IMG/VR virus record: IMGVR_UViG_3300030376_005329
Location: 1 to 31,331 of that record
Origin: a virus
Taxonomy: Duplodnaviria; Caudoviricetes
Reading direction: 5' to 3' (one strand)
Length of the DNA: 31,331 nt
In this document: positions 17,067 to 26,933 of the stretch, one piece after another
How positions within the stretch are numbered: the first letter of the stretch is position 1
Layout of the letters: each line of letters starts with the position of its first letter
The notes under the pieces: generated by a model
The model's database searches: none
What the model was told of the DNA's origin: nothing
Seen by the model: the letters and a program-made list of their open reading frames with translations, nothing else
Translations under genes and position numbers: made by a program

Positions 17067-17241
17067 GTTTAACCCTCCTGTCTATCAATGATTGTGGTAT
17101 TCGTTTGCCTTCACGGGCCAATTTACTGATACGCTTTGTCAGTCTTGCCAATTGTAACCTCTTGGCGCCTGTGACACCACTTAGATATTTTTTTGGTAGG
17201 CCTGTTGCTTTATCCTTAGGAACTTTCCGTCTCTTCACCAT
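17053..17241 (-). CDS. Small basic protein (62 aa, MVKRRKVPKDK...PKKYLSG)
   Basis: GGAG RBS; overlaps the portal 3' end and the next gene start. Confidence 0.7.
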   Translation of the reverse strand: MVKRRKVPKDKATGLPKKYLSGVTGAKRLQLARLTKRISKLAREGKRIPQSLIDRRVKLGKK

Positions 17242-18796
17242 TGTCATCTCCGAAGTAGTTTTTTATTTCTGGGTGTAATTGTAAAATTTGTTCGTTGGTG
17301 TACCCTTCCTTGACCATGTCTCTCATGTGTTGGATCATGTCTTGGGCATTTTGCATTGGTGGGTGTTGCATGTCTATGTTCAATGGGTTTTGTATTTTGT
17401 TTTGATTCATCTGTTCAAGTTCCATTGGGTCCTTGGCCAGTATTTCTTTTATCTTGCCGTCAATCACTTGCTTGACATCTGGTGCGGCGTTGACTATGTC
17501 TCTTGTGGTCCTTGCCGCTTTCTCTAAAACGTCCATGTCAAGGTTCTTGTCCCTGATGTGGAACGCCATTGGGTATTCTATCTCGCCATCCCAATCTATG
17601 TCCAACCACTTGCCGAACAATCTGAACAACTGCTCCTCAGCAAGTTCCAAGTTCTTGGCCTTCTCTGTCAGTTTAGCGTCTAACATACTGTACTCCGTGA
17701 TCATGGCTATTCCCGACTGCTGTCTGGTCTGTGCCTGTCTTATGCCTGACATACACGCCATCCTGTCTATGGCCGTAAGTTTCTCGTCTATGGATTTCAA
17801 TATGGCCTCAACGCTCTGACCCGTAGGCTGTAAAAGATATGGTTTAAGGTTTGGATCAGTCTCGTTTGGTATTGTGATTATGGCACCCGGTCCCGCCGCG
17901 GCGTCAACCTCTGGTGTCTTCACAAGACTTGGTGATGTTGATAATTTTATTGTCTCGTTGATCTCGCTCAACTCATTGAATATGCTGTTGGAAAGATCTG
18001 ATATGTCGCCCACATCTGAAACACCTATGCCCCTCACAGGTGATCTGTTGGCATACACCCAAACTGCAGGTATCACACCCAACTCGTTTGGCATCTGTTC
18101 CAACATCTCTGTGTTCTCTTTCTCTGTGTTGTATTCACTCAATGTGATGGTGTCCTTGGTGAACTCCCTCACGTAGTATCTCGCATTCATGCCATAGGCC
18201 TTCTGTTCTACTTCAAGTAGTTTTAGATATGTCAGGTCGTAGTAGCCTGATGGCTGTCTGGTGTATTCCCAATCCAACACGTTCTCTGGTGTGAACAATG
18301 AACAATAACTTCTTATGTTTTGGCTTAGTTCTTCCGCCCTGGTCCTTGCGTTTGACTGTGGTTTGTCTAACAAGATCACGCAGTGGCCAAACACCGTGCT
18401 CCAGGTGTTGACATCACGCATGAAACTTTCAAAACTCCTGCCCTCTAGGTCAGTGTCCTTAAGGAAGTTTCTTAATTCTGGTGTGTCCTTGATGTTGCCG
18501 TATTCCCTCTTGACCGGTTGCCTGTAAAGGAATGAATTGTAAATGTTCACGATCGATTTCACTTCATTCATGTAAGGTGTGGCCGCCACCCTCCTGAAGT
18601 ATTCTGAATCTGATTCGTATTGGTACTTGGTCAGGTATTCGCCCATCTTCATCTCGTATGAGCCAAGGTATGATGCCCTTAGGAACTCCCATCTCTTGAA
18701 GTGTGTTAGGTATTCGGGATGAACACCCAATGCCGTGTAGTGGGCACTGATCCTGTTGGGATCTTGGTTTACTGAAAAATTGCTTATAGTGGCCAT
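17216..18796 (-). CDS. Portal protein (SPP1 gp6-like, 526 aa)
   Basis: Directly after terL; ESDSEYFRR, TPENVLDW, NELGVIPAV, RGIGVSD and QSGIA motifs. Confidence 0.92.
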   Translation of the reverse strand: MATISNFSVNQDPNRISAHYTALGVHPEYLTHFKRWEFLRASYLGSYEMKMGEYLTKYQYESDSEYFRRVAATPYMNEVKSIVNIYNSFLYRQPVKREYGNIKDTPELRNFLKDTDLEGRSFESFMRDVNTWSTVFGHCVILLDKPQSNARTRAEELSQNIRSYCSLFTPENVLDWEYTRQPSGYYDLTYLKLLEVEQKAYGMNARYYVREFTKDTITLSEYNTEKENTEMLEQMPNELGVIPAVWVYANRSPVRGIGVSDVGDISDLSNSIFNELSEINETIKLSTSPSLVKTPEVDAAAGPGAIITIPNETDPNLKPYLLQPTGQSVEAILKSIDEKLTAIDRMACMSGIRQAQTRQQSGIAMITEYSMLDAKLTEKAKNLELAEEQLFRLFGKWLDIDWDGEIEYPMAFHIRDKNLDMDVLEKAARTTRDIVNAAPDVKQVIDGKIKEILAKDPMELEQMNQNKIQNPLNIDMQHPPMQNAQDMIQHMRDMVKEGYTNEQILQLHPEIKNYFGDDNGEETESS

Positions 18797-20037
18797 TATG
18801 TTCTAACCCTCCATGTTTTGTGTTGTTCTGTTGGTTCGTAGTCCCTAGTGATAGGAAATAGGAATGATGTGGCATATCCCAATGCGTCAGAGATGTGTGA
18901 GTAGTCCCTTGAACCATTCTTCTCTGGTTGTGATGTGCCTTCCTTGTAGATGTGTCTCTCCATCGCTGTGATCAAACTCTTACATTTTGGATGTATCATA
19001 ATGCCTCTCTCTCCTGTGCCTGAACAGAACTTGCTATTTACAGCATTGATCCTGTCCCTCACAGGAATGTGTCTTGAAGGGGCCTTGACCACAAAACCCG
19101 CATTGGAGAGTATGTGGAAATCTGTTTTAGGTGAATTGGTCTTCCTGGCCCTACCTGATGGATCAGGGTATGCTATTATCTTGGTGCCTGGAAACCTGTT
19201 GTGTATCTCGTTTGCCAGTTCTTCTGTGTTTGAACCATACATCTCTATCTCATCGATCACGTACATCCGGTTGTCTTTGATCACAAAACAGATCGCTGTA
19301 AGGGGGTGTACGTTGAAATCAATTCCGATGTGTATGATGTTTTGTCTCTGTTCAAATGTGAATTCTTCTACGTTGTGCTGTCGTTCAAATCCGTAGTATA
19401 TCCTACCCTCGTAATTCTCGAACGTGCCTTCGTATTCTTGTTTGAAAACTTTAGCATCCAGTTCCGCTTTTGCCTGTTCTACTTCTTCAGGTGTCACGAA
19501 CCCACCCTGTATAGTAGTGAATTGATGTGAACTCCAATTTGGTTCTGTGGGATCTTGTCCTTTTTGGTATATGTCATACAACCAGTTTGAAATGCCTTTG
19601 GGTGTGCCCGCGAACATGGCCCTGCCACCTGTGTCAGACAGAGTTGGCCTTAGGACTTCGGTGTAGGCTTCCTTGTCAATTGAGGCCACCTCATCTAGGT
19701 ATAGATAATGGTATTTTGATCCACGGAGTGCATCTCTGTTGTCCGAACCTTTTAAGGAAATCTTGCTTCCGTTTTTTAAACGTATTGATAGATCCGCTTC
19801 GTTAATTTTCTTGTCCCAGCACAGTGATATTGCTTTGTTCTTGACCTCGTCCCACCACACGTTACGAGCCTGTCTATAAGATGGCAGTATAGCGGCCACA
19901 TTCTGATCGGGTAATCTAGCATGATAGAAAAGTTGTCTAATGCCAAGAGTAGTTTTTCCTACCCTTCGTCCAGCCACAAGAACAACGAACCTTGCTGGAT
20001 CGTTGGCTACTGTCTTCTGTGGTGTTGACAACTTCAC
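18796..20037 (-). CDS. terL: Terminase large subunit (413 aa, GTG start)
   Basis: Walker A AGRRVGKT, Walker B YLYLDE, coupling motif AGTPKG, nuclease motifs GIDFN, YPDPSG and HISDALGY. Confidence 0.97.
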   Translation of the reverse strand: MKLSTPQKTVANDPARFVVLVAGRRVGKTTLGIRQLFYHARLPDQNVAAILPSYRQARNVWWDEVKNKAISLCWDKKINEADLSIRLKNGSKISLKGSDNRDALRGSKYHYLYLDEVASIDKEAYTEVLRPTLSDTGGRAMFAGTPKGISNWLYDIYQKGQDPTEPNWSSHQFTTIQGGFVTPEEVEQAKAELDAKVFKQEYEGTFENYEGRIYYGFERQHNVEEFTFEQRQNIIHIGIDFNVHPLTAICFVIKDNRMYVIDEIEMYGSNTEELANEIHNRFPGTKIIAYPDPSGRARKTNSPKTDFHILSNAGFVVKAPSRHIPVRDRINAVNSKFCSGTGERGIMIHPKCKSLITAMERHIYKEGTSQPEKNGSRDYSHISDALGYATSFLFPITRDYEPTEQHKTWRVRT

Positions 20038-20039
20038 TG

Positions 20040-20360
20040 TTATTCATCCTCCTGCCACGGTAGTGGTTGTGAATGATCTGTTGAGTTGGGGTCATCTTTC
20101 TGCTCGAGGTAGTTACGTCCAAGCCAAATCTGCATCCTGACGTCTCCAGCCAAAGCACGTTCCATCTGGCTTCGGCGTAACGACTTCTTGCCTTCCGCCC
20201 TGCCTTCATCAACTAATTTCTTGTATCTCTTCTTGACGCCCTCTGCTGTGATGCCAATTATCTGACCTATCTCTTCATAGGTACACATTATACGAGCAAG
20301 ATCCTTGATAAGATCCTTGTCGTGCTTCCTGTATTTCTTTCCTGTGTTGTCAGGTGTCAT
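20040..20360 (-). CDS. terS: Terminase small subunit (106 aa)
   Basis: HTH (CTYEEIGQIIG) plus SLRRSQ...GDVRMQIWLGRNYLEQKD, directly upstream of terL. Confidence 0.8.
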   Translation of the reverse strand: MTPDNTGKKYRKHDKDLIKDLARIMCTYEEIGQIIGITAEGVKKRYKKLVDEGRAEGKKSLRRSQMERALAGDVRMQIWLGRNYLEQKDDPNSTDHSQPLPWQEDE

Positions 20361-20713
20361 TATTGTAATCCTTTGTCTTTGACCACTATCCGGAAATGCC
20401 TTGCATCTGTGTCACCGTTAGCGGTTGTGATCTTTACTTCGATTGGGTATATGTTGCCTGTGGTGCCTGCGTGGACCCTGAATATTGCCTTCGTGCCTGA
20501 TATGTTGACGTCCGTGCCTGAACCTGTTGGAAATGCCAATGGTGCTGAATCACCTGATATTGTGCCTATTGTCACTGTGACTGTGGCCAATGAATCACCT
20601 GTGTTTAGGTAATCAACGAAATCTAAAGAATATTTTATGTTTGCATCACTGTCTTTGAGAATGAAGATGCCCTGTGCGTCCTTTTGATATCCTGTAAGTG
20701 CTAAATTTGCCAT
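20360..20713 (-). CDS. Fibre-tail adaptor-like virion protein (117 aa)
   Basis: KD.DA...YSLDF..YL..GDSL...GT.G..Y......TT.NG.TD.R.F pattern. Confidence 0.6.
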   Translation of the reverse strand: MANLALTGYQKDAQGIFILKDSDANIKYSLDFVDYLNTGDSLATVTVTIGTISGDSAPLAFPTGSGTDVNISGTKAIFRVHAGTTGNIYPIEVKITTANGDTDARHFRIVVKDKGLQ

Positions 20714-21520
20714 CTAACTGTTTCTCCTTGTTCCGGAACCAGCAAACACTGGTCGATTTAGTTTGAATTCTCTGGTCTCCTGTTGAACACGGAATGCCCT
20801 TGATTCAACTGGTATTGTATTTACACGCGATTCCTCTAGAACTTTTATAAGCCTAGATTCCTCTGGTATGATAATGGTCCTGATGTCCTGTGCGACCCTG
20901 TAGGTGTTGAATGGATCCACATCTATGTCTGTGCCCACTATGGTTATAGTGGTGTTGATAGGTAAGGTTGCTTCACCAAATTGAAAAGAGAATGCCGATG
21001 CGGTCAGTGTGCTTGATATGTTCATTGACACACTATTAGCCAACACACCATTGACCGTTATCGAAGATGATGAGTTAACAGTGCTTGACGAAGTCAGCGT
21101 GGCACTTGGAGTTGCCGTGATGTTTGCCGTAGATATCAGCAATGCCGCCGCTAGGTCTTGATCCTGTGCCGCCGCGGTGATTGTGGCAGTTATAGGAAGT
21201 GTCGCCGTGGCAACTTTTTTCGCACTAGGCGTCGCGATTATGTCAGCACTGATAGAGAGTGTGGCCGAACCGGTCTCGGCAGTTTCAATACCTGCAACAG
21301 TTATGGTAGCATTAATAGGTAATGTTGCTGATGCAACTGCCTTCAATGATGGTGTTGTTGTAACAGTGGCTGATGCAATTAATAATGCCGCACCAATATC
21401 TAGATCAACACTGTCAACACCACCCTGTACGTAATCTACTACGACATAGTCGTCACGGACATAGTTGATGCCAATGTCAAATATTATTTCTAGATCCGCT
21501 GACGCGGTTATCAGTGCCAC
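20714..21520 (-). CDS. A/T/S-rich repetitive virion protein (268 aa)
   Basis: Repeated ~20-aa beta units (ATLPINATIT) and C-terminal EESR repeats; lies in the fibre cluster. Confidence 0.7.
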   Translation of the reverse strand: MALITASADLEIIFDIGINYVRDDYVVVDYVQGGVDSVDLDIGAALLIASATVTTTPSLKAVASATLPINATITVAGIETAETGSATLSISADIIATPSAKKVATATLPITATITAAAQDQDLAAALLISTANITATPSATLTSSSTVNSSSSITVNGVLANSVSMNISSTLTASAFSFQFGEATLPINTTITIVGTDIDVDPFNTYRVAQDIRTIIIPEESRLIKVLEESRVNTIPVESRAFRVQQETREFKLNRPVFAGSGTRRNS

Positions 21521-21545
21521 TGGGTAAAACTCCGGTTAGACTTGA

Positions 21546-21950
21546 TTAGTCTATTGTGATAGTAAGTGAGCCAGAATTTATTTGAAACGTGTCTCCATCG
21601 GAAATAACACGAGAGGCACTCAAAGCGCCATGCGCCAATAAGTTTCCAGAACTGGCCGCATCAAAGATACCAATGTGTGTCACTGTGCCAAAAGCACCAC
21701 CTGATGCTGTTGGGAATGTGATGTCTGCGTTACTCACGATCGAACTGTTGTCTGATCCTGTGGTTGCTGATGCCATTTTGGTGTCCATTCTTACTCTTGC
21801 ATAGCCGTTTCCTGAACATTCCGTACCAGACGCTGAGTCTGTTGGATCTGATGTGAAAAGGGCCATGTGTGCTTGAGGCGAAGTGAAGGACGTGTTCTTG
21901 AAAAAAAGTTCTAGTGTCTTTCTCTCGCTGTACGAACTTAATGCTGTCAT
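21546..21950 (-). CDS. Small fibre/collar virion protein (134 aa)
   Basis: ALFTSDP...E.SG.GYARV...ITFPTA...GTVTHIGIFDAASSGNLL, a widespread phage structural motif; AGGAG RBS. Confidence 0.75.
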   Translation of the reverse strand: MTALSSYSERKTLELFFKNTSFTSPQAHMALFTSDPTDSASGTECSGNGYARVRMDTKMASATTGSDNSSIVSNADITFPTASGGAFGTVTHIGIFDAASSGNLLAHGALSASRVISDGDTFQINSGSLTITID

Positions 21951-21989
21951 TTATATTCTCCTAATTAGGTTTGTTTGTTATAACAAACA

Positions 21990-21995
21990 TATTTA
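21990..21995 (-). promoter_or_regulatory. TAAATA late-promoter-like box
   Basis: Intergenic TGTAAATA upstream of the 21950 gene and the packaging operon. Confidence 0.6.
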
Positions 21996-22022
21996 CACAA
22001 TCATGTGTAGGTTAATGTATTG

Positions 22023-24260
22023 TTATTCAGACTCAATGAATGATTTGCCTGACAGTTTCTCAACTTCAGCGACCAATTTCTCCATGTTGATCCTGACCGT
22101 TTTACCTGTCTTGCTGTTCTTGGAGTAGTATTCCCATTCACCGGCTTCGTTGTGTGGTGATATCTTGGTCACGTTGCCCGCTTCATCCCTCACATACACC
22201 TCTGATGAACTGCCGTCATCCTTGGCATATATGTGTGACATGTCTGCAACACCTGATGGGTCTCCAGACTGGTTCATCAATCTTACCGCTCCAAACTGTG
22301 ACTGTGCTGTGGCTTCTTCTGTGAAGAAAGCGTAGTCGTTGGTCAGTGTCAGGTTGGTCTTGCTGTGTGTGCCTGCCCTGAAGTGATAGAAGTCTGTCAT
22401 GGTTGATGTGCCTGATCCATGGTAGTAGTCGATACCAATTGACTCGTAGCCAACAGCATCCGTGATTGTAAGGTCTCCTGAACCTGAACTTGGTGCCAGT
22501 TCGAAGTATGTGCCCATTGCTGTCATGTTGGTGATTGTTAGGTCGCCGGAACTGCCTGGATATACTGATACACCATAGTTTCCACCTGATGCCTGTCCCA
22601 GCGTGGCCGCCGTTGAACTGTTGTTGCTGATCGAACTGAATGCCTCAAATGCCACTGGTCCCCTGCTCCTGTATTGACCACTGGTCGCTGTTGAACTTGA
22701 ACCACTCATTTCCAAATAGATCTGTGCCATGTTCCTCCATCTCTGATCACCGTCCGAACCGTTCTGGCCCGGTGCCAATACGATGTCCTGTACTATAACA
22801 TTTTTGTAACTTCTGTCTGAACTTGCTGTGCCGAGCGTGTGGTCTAGGTCTTGGTATAGCATTAAGTTGGCATTGCTGTATCTGCCGTTGGTTGAAATAT
22901 GACTATAATCACCACCGTTGGCCGCCAGCAACACCTGTCCTGTGCCATTACCTTGTATGCAGATGGAATCGTTTGACCTGTTTGCTTTTATCTTGTTGTC
23001 TTTTATATCTATCGCCTTTGTCTGTATGTCACCGAACACTGACAGTGAGTTGGTTGCGTCGTAGAAAGCATACTTGTTGTTACCATTCAATGCATCCACA
23101 CGGAAACCATAGGCCTCTGAGATTGTTTCTGTACCACCAATGCCGTCAGTAATAACTTCTGCTTGGTAGGCGATTGCCTGTGTGATTGTGCCTGTCATTG
23201 GAGATGCAACTCCCAGTTCCACATATGAGTTGTTCCCACAAAGTTTGCTCATTGATACATTACCACTTGAATTACCGCCTAGATGCAGATATGAGCCAGA
23301 CTGGAGGCCAACACCTGATCCCACCGTTGCCGCGTCTGAGGCTGAGTTGATGATTGTGAGACTGGCATCAATGCCTCTAGGACCACGACTCAAACTTGTG
23401 TTGGTCAATTCCGCACCGTTGGCATCAAAACCCATGGCTCCGATCAAATTTCTAAATCTGTTATCTGAATCTGATGAATTCACACTTGAATCCATTTTTA
23501 ATTCTGAGAATATTCCGTGGATGTATCTTCTGTCTGTGGATCCCGTCAGTGCAGGTACATCTGTTTCTTTGTAGATCGTTTGGACACCACGCATAGCGTT
23601 TATGGCAGTTCCGTAACTCTCTACTATGACTGGCATTTCAGTGTTGCTAAAATTGTCTGTTGTTGACATCTGGATTGTGCCCGTGCCATTCGTTCCTATT
23701 TCTAAATTAGCATTTGAACTGCTTGTGCTCATGCTGTTGCCTGAGAACCCTATGTCTCCAGTTGAACCACCTGCGTTTGCATCCACATATGCCTTGATGG
23801 CCTTGGCTGATGCCAACGTGTCGTCTGATCCTGACACACTTGAAAGGTCTGTGTCTAGCACACCTGATTTTAGATTCGCCACATCAACATTTGAAAGTGC
23901 GTTACCTGTGCCTTCCGCATCAAATGTCTTGTTTGTAAATGTTGTTGTTGAACTGCCTGTGACTTCACCGGTTGCATTGATTGTTAACACACCCGCACTG
24001 TCCGTGCTGGTTGTGACATTGTTTCCGCCTTGCACATACAGAGTACCTGCTTCAGCAACAGTAATTGTAGCAGAGTCATCCGCCACCACTTTTATGCCTT
24101 CACCTGTCTTGTATGCTAGGCTGTTCCATGCTGTGGATCCATCCCCTATCTTGAATTTTGTTGTGTCTGATTCGTAACCAAACTCACCAGCCGCCAGTGT
24201 TGGATTGGCTGATGTCCAATCTGCCGCCGTGTCTCTTCTTAATTGTATCTTTGTAGCCAT
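22023..24260 (-). CDS. Tail fibre / receptor-binding protein with Mtd_N/hyaluronidase-N-type N-terminus (745 aa)
   Basis: IQLRRDTAADWTSANPTLAAGEFGYESDTTKFKIGDG; G/S/T-rich body; C-terminal DEAGNVTKISPH. Confidence 0.85.
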   Translation of the reverse strand: MATKIQLRRDTAADWTSANPTLAAGEFGYESDTTKFKIGDGSTAWNSLAYKTGEGIKVVADDSATITVAEAGTLYVQGGNNVTTSTDSAGVLTINATGEVTGSSTTTFTNKTFDAEGTGNALSNVDVANLKSGVLDTDLSSVSGSDDTLASAKAIKAYVDANAGGSTGDIGFSGNSMSTSSSNANLEIGTNGTGTIQMSTTDNFSNTEMPVIVESYGTAINAMRGVQTIYKETDVPALTGSTDRRYIHGIFSELKMDSSVNSSDSDNRFRNLIGAMGFDANGAELTNTSLSRGPRGIDASLTIINSASDAATVGSGVGLQSGSYLHLGGNSSGNVSMSKLCGNNSYVELGVASPMTGTITQAIAYQAEVITDGIGGTETISEAYGFRVDALNGNNKYAFYDATNSLSVFGDIQTKAIDIKDNKIKANRSNDSICIQGNGTGQVLLAANGGDYSHISTNGRYSNANLMLYQDLDHTLGTASSDRSYKNVIVQDIVLAPGQNGSDGDQRWRNMAQIYLEMSGSSSTATSGQYRSRGPVAFEAFSSISNNSSTAATLGQASGGNYGVSVYPGSSGDLTITNMTAMGTYFELAPSSGSGDLTITDAVGYESIGIDYYHGSGTSTMTDFYHFRAGTHSKTNLTLTNDYAFFTEEATAQSQFGAVRLMNQSGDPSGVADMSHIYAKDDGSSSEVYVRDEAGNVTKISPHNEAGEWEYYSKNSKTGKTVRINMEKLVAEVEKLSGKSFIESE

Positions 24261-26854
24261 TATGCTGTTCCTCCGTCTATGGTTGGTACTGACGTGTATG
24301 TTGAGTCAGCAACACCGCCGTCGATATTTATAGCAGTGGGATCTCTGAAACTTAAAACACCTGATCCATTAGTACCCAATACTTGATTTGCGGATCCATC
24401 CGCGTTGGGCAGTGTGTACACTGCGTTGATGTTGACTTTGCCTGTGCCCGCCGGGTTCAAAGTGATGTCTGCGTTGCTGGGTGATATCATTGTTGAGCCA
24501 ACGAATGTTATGTCTCCGGTGCTGGCACTACCACCTGACTGTGCCACGAAACTTAAATTGCCTGATCCATCCGTTTTCAAAACTTGGTTGGCTGATCCAT
24601 CTGATGTGGGCCAGTTCAATCCATCCAGCACGATGTTGCCCGTTCCGGCAGGTGTGATTGTTATATTCTGATTGGCTGGTGCATTGGTACCATAAGCACT
24701 GGTTGATTTAATTACAGGCCCACTTGCAGGCAATTCTATTGCCAGCGATCCACCACCATTTGTTTGGCTTGTGAATTGGATATCTGCGTTTACATCTTTG
24801 ATTGTGTGTCTGATATCTCCTTCATCTTCGTAAATGGTGAAGGCACCGGTTTGTGATCCATGAGATCCAACAGTTAAAGTCTGTCCTGCACTCCGGTTTG
24901 TTATTTGGCCATTATTCGAACCACGTCCAACCTTAATAGTAGGACCAATTGTAATAGTACCACCTCCTGGTGCACCGGTAAGAACCGCATCGACTACAAC
25001 GTCTCCGGTACCACTTGCTGATATTTCTAAATCGGCATTTGATTGACTTGTTGAAATTGTGTTGTCTACCAATGATATTGCTGAAGTTGTTAAGTCTCCA
25101 GTAACATTTGTGTTGGCGTTTAATTCTATTGTGCCAGTACCGCTTGGGTCTAGTGTAATTGCGGCGTTGCTTGGAGAAATAAGTGTTGATCCAACCGCTG
25201 ATAAATCACCCAACGTTACACCACCTACCTGTGAATCCACATATGTTTTAATTGCTTTTGCTGAAGCAAGTGTATCGTCTGAACCACTGACACTTGAAAT
25301 GTCTGTGTCCAACACTCCCGACTTCAGGTCAGCAACATCTATGTTTGATATTGAGTTGCCAGTTCCTTCAACATCAAATGTTTTGTTGGTCAATGTCAAT
25401 GTGTCTGATGCAATTGCGGCATCCTGTGTGTCAACGTATGCTTTTGTAGCCGCGTCTTGTGCCGAAACAGGATCTGTGACATTTATGATCTTGTTTGAAT
25501 TCATGTTGGCCTGTGATAACATTGAGATGTTACCTGTACCGTTCGCCAGTAGTTCAAAGTCCTCGTTGGATGCATCTGTAAACATCTTGTTGCCTGACAC
25601 AACGATTGTGCCTGAACCTAGGTTTAGATTCCCGCTTGCGTCTAATGTAATGTCACCCGCCGCGTCTATCCTAATGTTTCCCTGTGATGAATTGACGCCT
25701 TCTGTCTGTAACAACAACGATCCGTCTAGAACTTTTATCTTCGCACCATTATTTCCATCACTCGCTTTATTGAATTCAATAATGGGATCTGCATTTGAAT
25801 CCAATCTAATCCTCATGTCGCTGGACGTTGATCCATCCGCGGAGAATGGTATATCCATTGCTGTGAAATTTTTCCTGCCCCCACTATTACCGACTGGATC
25901 TTGGAACGTGATACCAGCAACTTTAACTCTGCCGCCACCGCCGTCACCTGTTGAAAGTGTTCCAGCATTACCTATCTCTACAAGTCCTGTACCACCTTGG
26001 TGTGGTTGTATGTAGATGTTGTCGTTGGCACCATCACCTATTGAAATGCTACCTGAGTTGGTTCCTGAGTTGGTGTTTAAAATTAAACCGTGTGCACCAT
26101 TGGATGTGAGCGTGGCATCTCCTGATCCGCTACCAACAAAAATTTTGCCTGCCGCGGCGCCTGGCTTTAGGAATATTTCACCCGACTCACCTGAACCGTT
26201 GGCTGGGCCTGCCATCACCTTGACCTCACCTGCGTCAGCGTTACCGCCTATCAGTGAAAGGTTCTGTCCAGTACCACCTGTTACCGTGGCATTGGCCGCC
26301 CCGCTGGCCCTGTCCTCTCCAACCCGCACGTTACCTTCTAATGCAACAATGCCTGTGTTATTGGTCTGCAGGATCAAATCATCATTGGTCCTTGTTGCTT
26401 TTATGTTGTTGTCGTGTATCTCTATGCCGTCCGTGTTTAGGCTTCCTGACGCTGTCAGGTTGCCGGTTACATTTGTGTTAGCGTTTAATTCTATTGTGCC
26501 TGTACCACTTGGGTCAAGTGTTATCGCGGCGTTGCTGGGTGAACTGATCGTTGATCCTATGGCTGTTAGATCTCCAAGGCTGTCACCACCAGTTGCGTTG
26601 ATTGTTAGAACTCCCGCTGAATCCGTTGATGTGGTAACATTTGAACCACCCTGTATGTATAATGTGTCACCTGCCTTGACGTCCAATGTGCTGGAGTCAT
26701 CCGCAACCACCCCAATGGCACCATTCTTCAATTCAATGAAGTTGGAGTCCATCTCCGCGAAGGTTAGTTTACTGCCCTTGTTTAAATTCTGTGTTGTGTT
26801 GCTTGATGTGGTCTCTGATCGTGTTACGATCTTGGGTGTGCTTGGCATTGACAT
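24260..26854 (-). CDS. Long tail fibre protein (864 aa, MSMPSTPK...)
   Basis: KGSKLTFAEMDSNF N-terminal motif, DPVSAQDAATKAYVD, DGSANQVLKTDGSGNLSF repeats; AGGAG RBS before the ATG at 26854. Confidence 0.85.
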   Translation of the reverse strand: MSMPSTPKIVTRSETTSSNTTQNLNKGSKLTFAEMDSNFIELKNGAIGVVADDSSTLDVKAGDTLYIQGGSNVTTSTDSAGVLTINATGGDSLGDLTAIGSTISSPSNAAITLDPSGTGTIELNANTNVTGNLTASGSLNTDGIEIHDNNIKATRTNDDLILQTNNTGIVALEGNVRVGEDRASGAANATVTGGTGQNLSLIGGNADAGEVKVMAGPANGSGESGEIFLKPGAAAGKIFVGSGSGDATLTSNGAHGLILNTNSGTNSGSISIGDGANDNIYIQPHQGGTGLVEIGNAGTLSTGDGGGGRVKVAGITFQDPVGNSGGRKNFTAMDIPFSADGSTSSDMRIRLDSNADPIIEFNKASDGNNGAKIKVLDGSLLLQTEGVNSSQGNIRIDAAGDITLDASGNLNLGSGTIVVSGNKMFTDASNEDFELLANGTGNISMLSQANMNSNKIINVTDPVSAQDAATKAYVDTQDAAIASDTLTLTNKTFDVEGTGNSISNIDVADLKSGVLDTDISSVSGSDDTLASAKAIKTYVDSQVGGVTLGDLSAVGSTLISPSNAAITLDPSGTGTIELNANTNVTGDLTTSAISLVDNTISTSQSNADLEISASGTGDVVVDAVLTGAPGGGTITIGPTIKVGRGSNNGQITNRSAGQTLTVGSHGSQTGAFTIYEDEGDIRHTIKDVNADIQFTSQTNGGGSLAIELPASGPVIKSTSAYGTNAPANQNITITPAGTGNIVLDGLNWPTSDGSANQVLKTDGSGNLSFVAQSGGSASTGDITFVGSTMISPSNADITLNPAGTGKVNINAVYTLPNADGSANQVLGTNGSGVLSFRDPTAINIDGGVADSTYTSVPTIDGGTA

Positions 26855-26903
26855 TATCTCCTGTTGTGTTGTAATCGTTGTCTTCGATACAACTGGTTGC
26901 AAT

Positions 26904-26910
26904 TATTTAT
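26904..26910 (-). promoter_or_regulatory. ATAAATA late-promoter-like box at the start of the structural region
   Basis: Intergenic, 50 nt upstream of the fibre gene start. Confidence 0.65.
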
Positions 26911-26933
26911 TGCTGAACAGGAGTCATAATGCT

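Noticed and set aside
22023-24260. Diversity-generating retroelement suggested by the Mtd-like N-terminus
   Set aside because: No reverse transcriptase and no TR/VR pair. The repeat differences I checked are mostly synonymous, not adenine-specific.
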